DNA of 64,000 bases. Origin: Auanema rhodensis (Eukaryota; Animalia; Nematoda). This document shows positions 63,240 through 64,000 of the stretch, piece by piece. Where the stretch lies: NCBI GenBank assembly GCA_964057225.1, contig OZ059898.1, positions 12,958,001-13,022,000 of the forward strand, written 5' to 3'. The position numbers were made by a program, and so were the translations under genes. Positions within the stretch are counted from its first letter, which is position 1; every line of letters begins with the position of its first letter. The notes beneath the pieces were generated by a model. That model had not been told where the DNA came from. It was given only the letters and a program-made list of their open reading frames with translations, and made no database searches.

Positions 63240-63614
63240 TCAAATTCTCGCCAGTTTTGTCGTTTTAAATCCGATCATATTCAGTCCAGAAGCATACTGG
63301 CTAGAAGATTCAGAATCTTGTGTATCAGTCATACATGAAGCATCACAGAACATGTAAATACTACTGTCAAATAGTACTGGTCGCCTTTCTGAGGAAAGTT
63401 GCTTTTGTAGATGCCGACAATGTCTTTGGTGTCGTTCAATTTTCGGAGAAAAAAGTTTCTAAATCTATCTGTTAGAAAATCTTACGTTCGGATAAAAACG
63501 AGCAAAAAACAGCTAGGTGTTCGATTTTACAGATACCTGTGGGTCCCCATGGGTGGTCCATCTACTGTCACTTCTCATTTTCTTGACATTATCTCCTTCG
63601 AAATTATGGTTCAT
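63240..63614 (-). CDS. Possible terminal exons of an unknown gene (5' part unresolved)
   Basis: MNHNFEGDNVKKMRSDSRWTTHGDPQ-gtatct...ttctaacag-IDLETFSPKIERHQRHCRHLQ...KTTKLARI* (75 open codons after the acceptor). A further gtgagt donor lies at ~63786. No recognisable homology. Confidence 0.3.
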
Positions 63615-64000
63615 GACTAAAGTCGTGTTGAAGTTGACACCGAAATAATGCGATGTTTCATGATAAACTAGTCATTTCTTGTGTTAAATTCTAAAACAAC
63701 TTGATAAGAATGCCGTGAAAAGCGACAAAATAGTTACCAGTTTGTAAGCTAACATGACTGGTTCCCCGATTATTGAAGTAACTCACCTTACAGCTTTAAG
63801 CATAACTTTTAATTTAGAATAACAGATTTATAAAATGAAATTAATGATTCTCGTAGCAAATTCTTCAAATTGAATTTGTATTATAGTTTTCTATATTTGG
63901 CACTTGAAGTTCTTTCAAATAACATCGAATTCGATCACAATTTTGTATTTTATAAGACAAAAATTTTTGGAAGACTGTCTCTTGACCACATAGTTATAGA

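Noticed and set aside
1-64000. CRISPR arrays, tRNA/rRNA genes, TTAGGC telomeric repeats, intact transposase or viral genes
   Set aside because: None recognised by eye. The sequence is eukaryotic; tRNAscan-SE and Infernal would be needed to exclude small RNAs formally.

Overview
AT-rich eukaryotic genomic DNA from a rhabditid-type nematode. The evidence is 40-50 nt introns with (T)TTTCAG-like acceptors, a cuticle collagen, CNGCKT-type nuclear hormone receptors and operon-like spacing. Genes are heavily spliced, so the ORF track misses or fragments most of them; the models below were spliced by hand. The left ~26 kb is gene-sparse, rich in (GA)n microsatellites, and carries a recurrent TTAACTATA/TATAGTTAA motif. 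It holds a long coiled-coil gene, two convergent nhr genes separated by a Tc1-like MITE, and an E-box/HRE-rich intergenic region. The right ~38 kb is compact. It holds a cuticle collagen, two tandem sigma-class GSTs with gene-conversion tracts, a small membrane protein, a GPI-type DUF19 protein, an AT-hook/RGG/2xC2H2 protein, an acidic orphan, GET4 followed by prdx-6, two small secreted proteins, a divergent SLC2 transporter and cul-3. The most unusual item is a four-exon, 89-aa stand-alone biotinyl-carrier-like microprotein (36354-36761, minus strand). It is absent from the ORF track and lies in operon-like position directly behind the AT-hook/zinc-finger gene. No tRNA, rRNA, CRISPR array or telomeric repeat was recognised.
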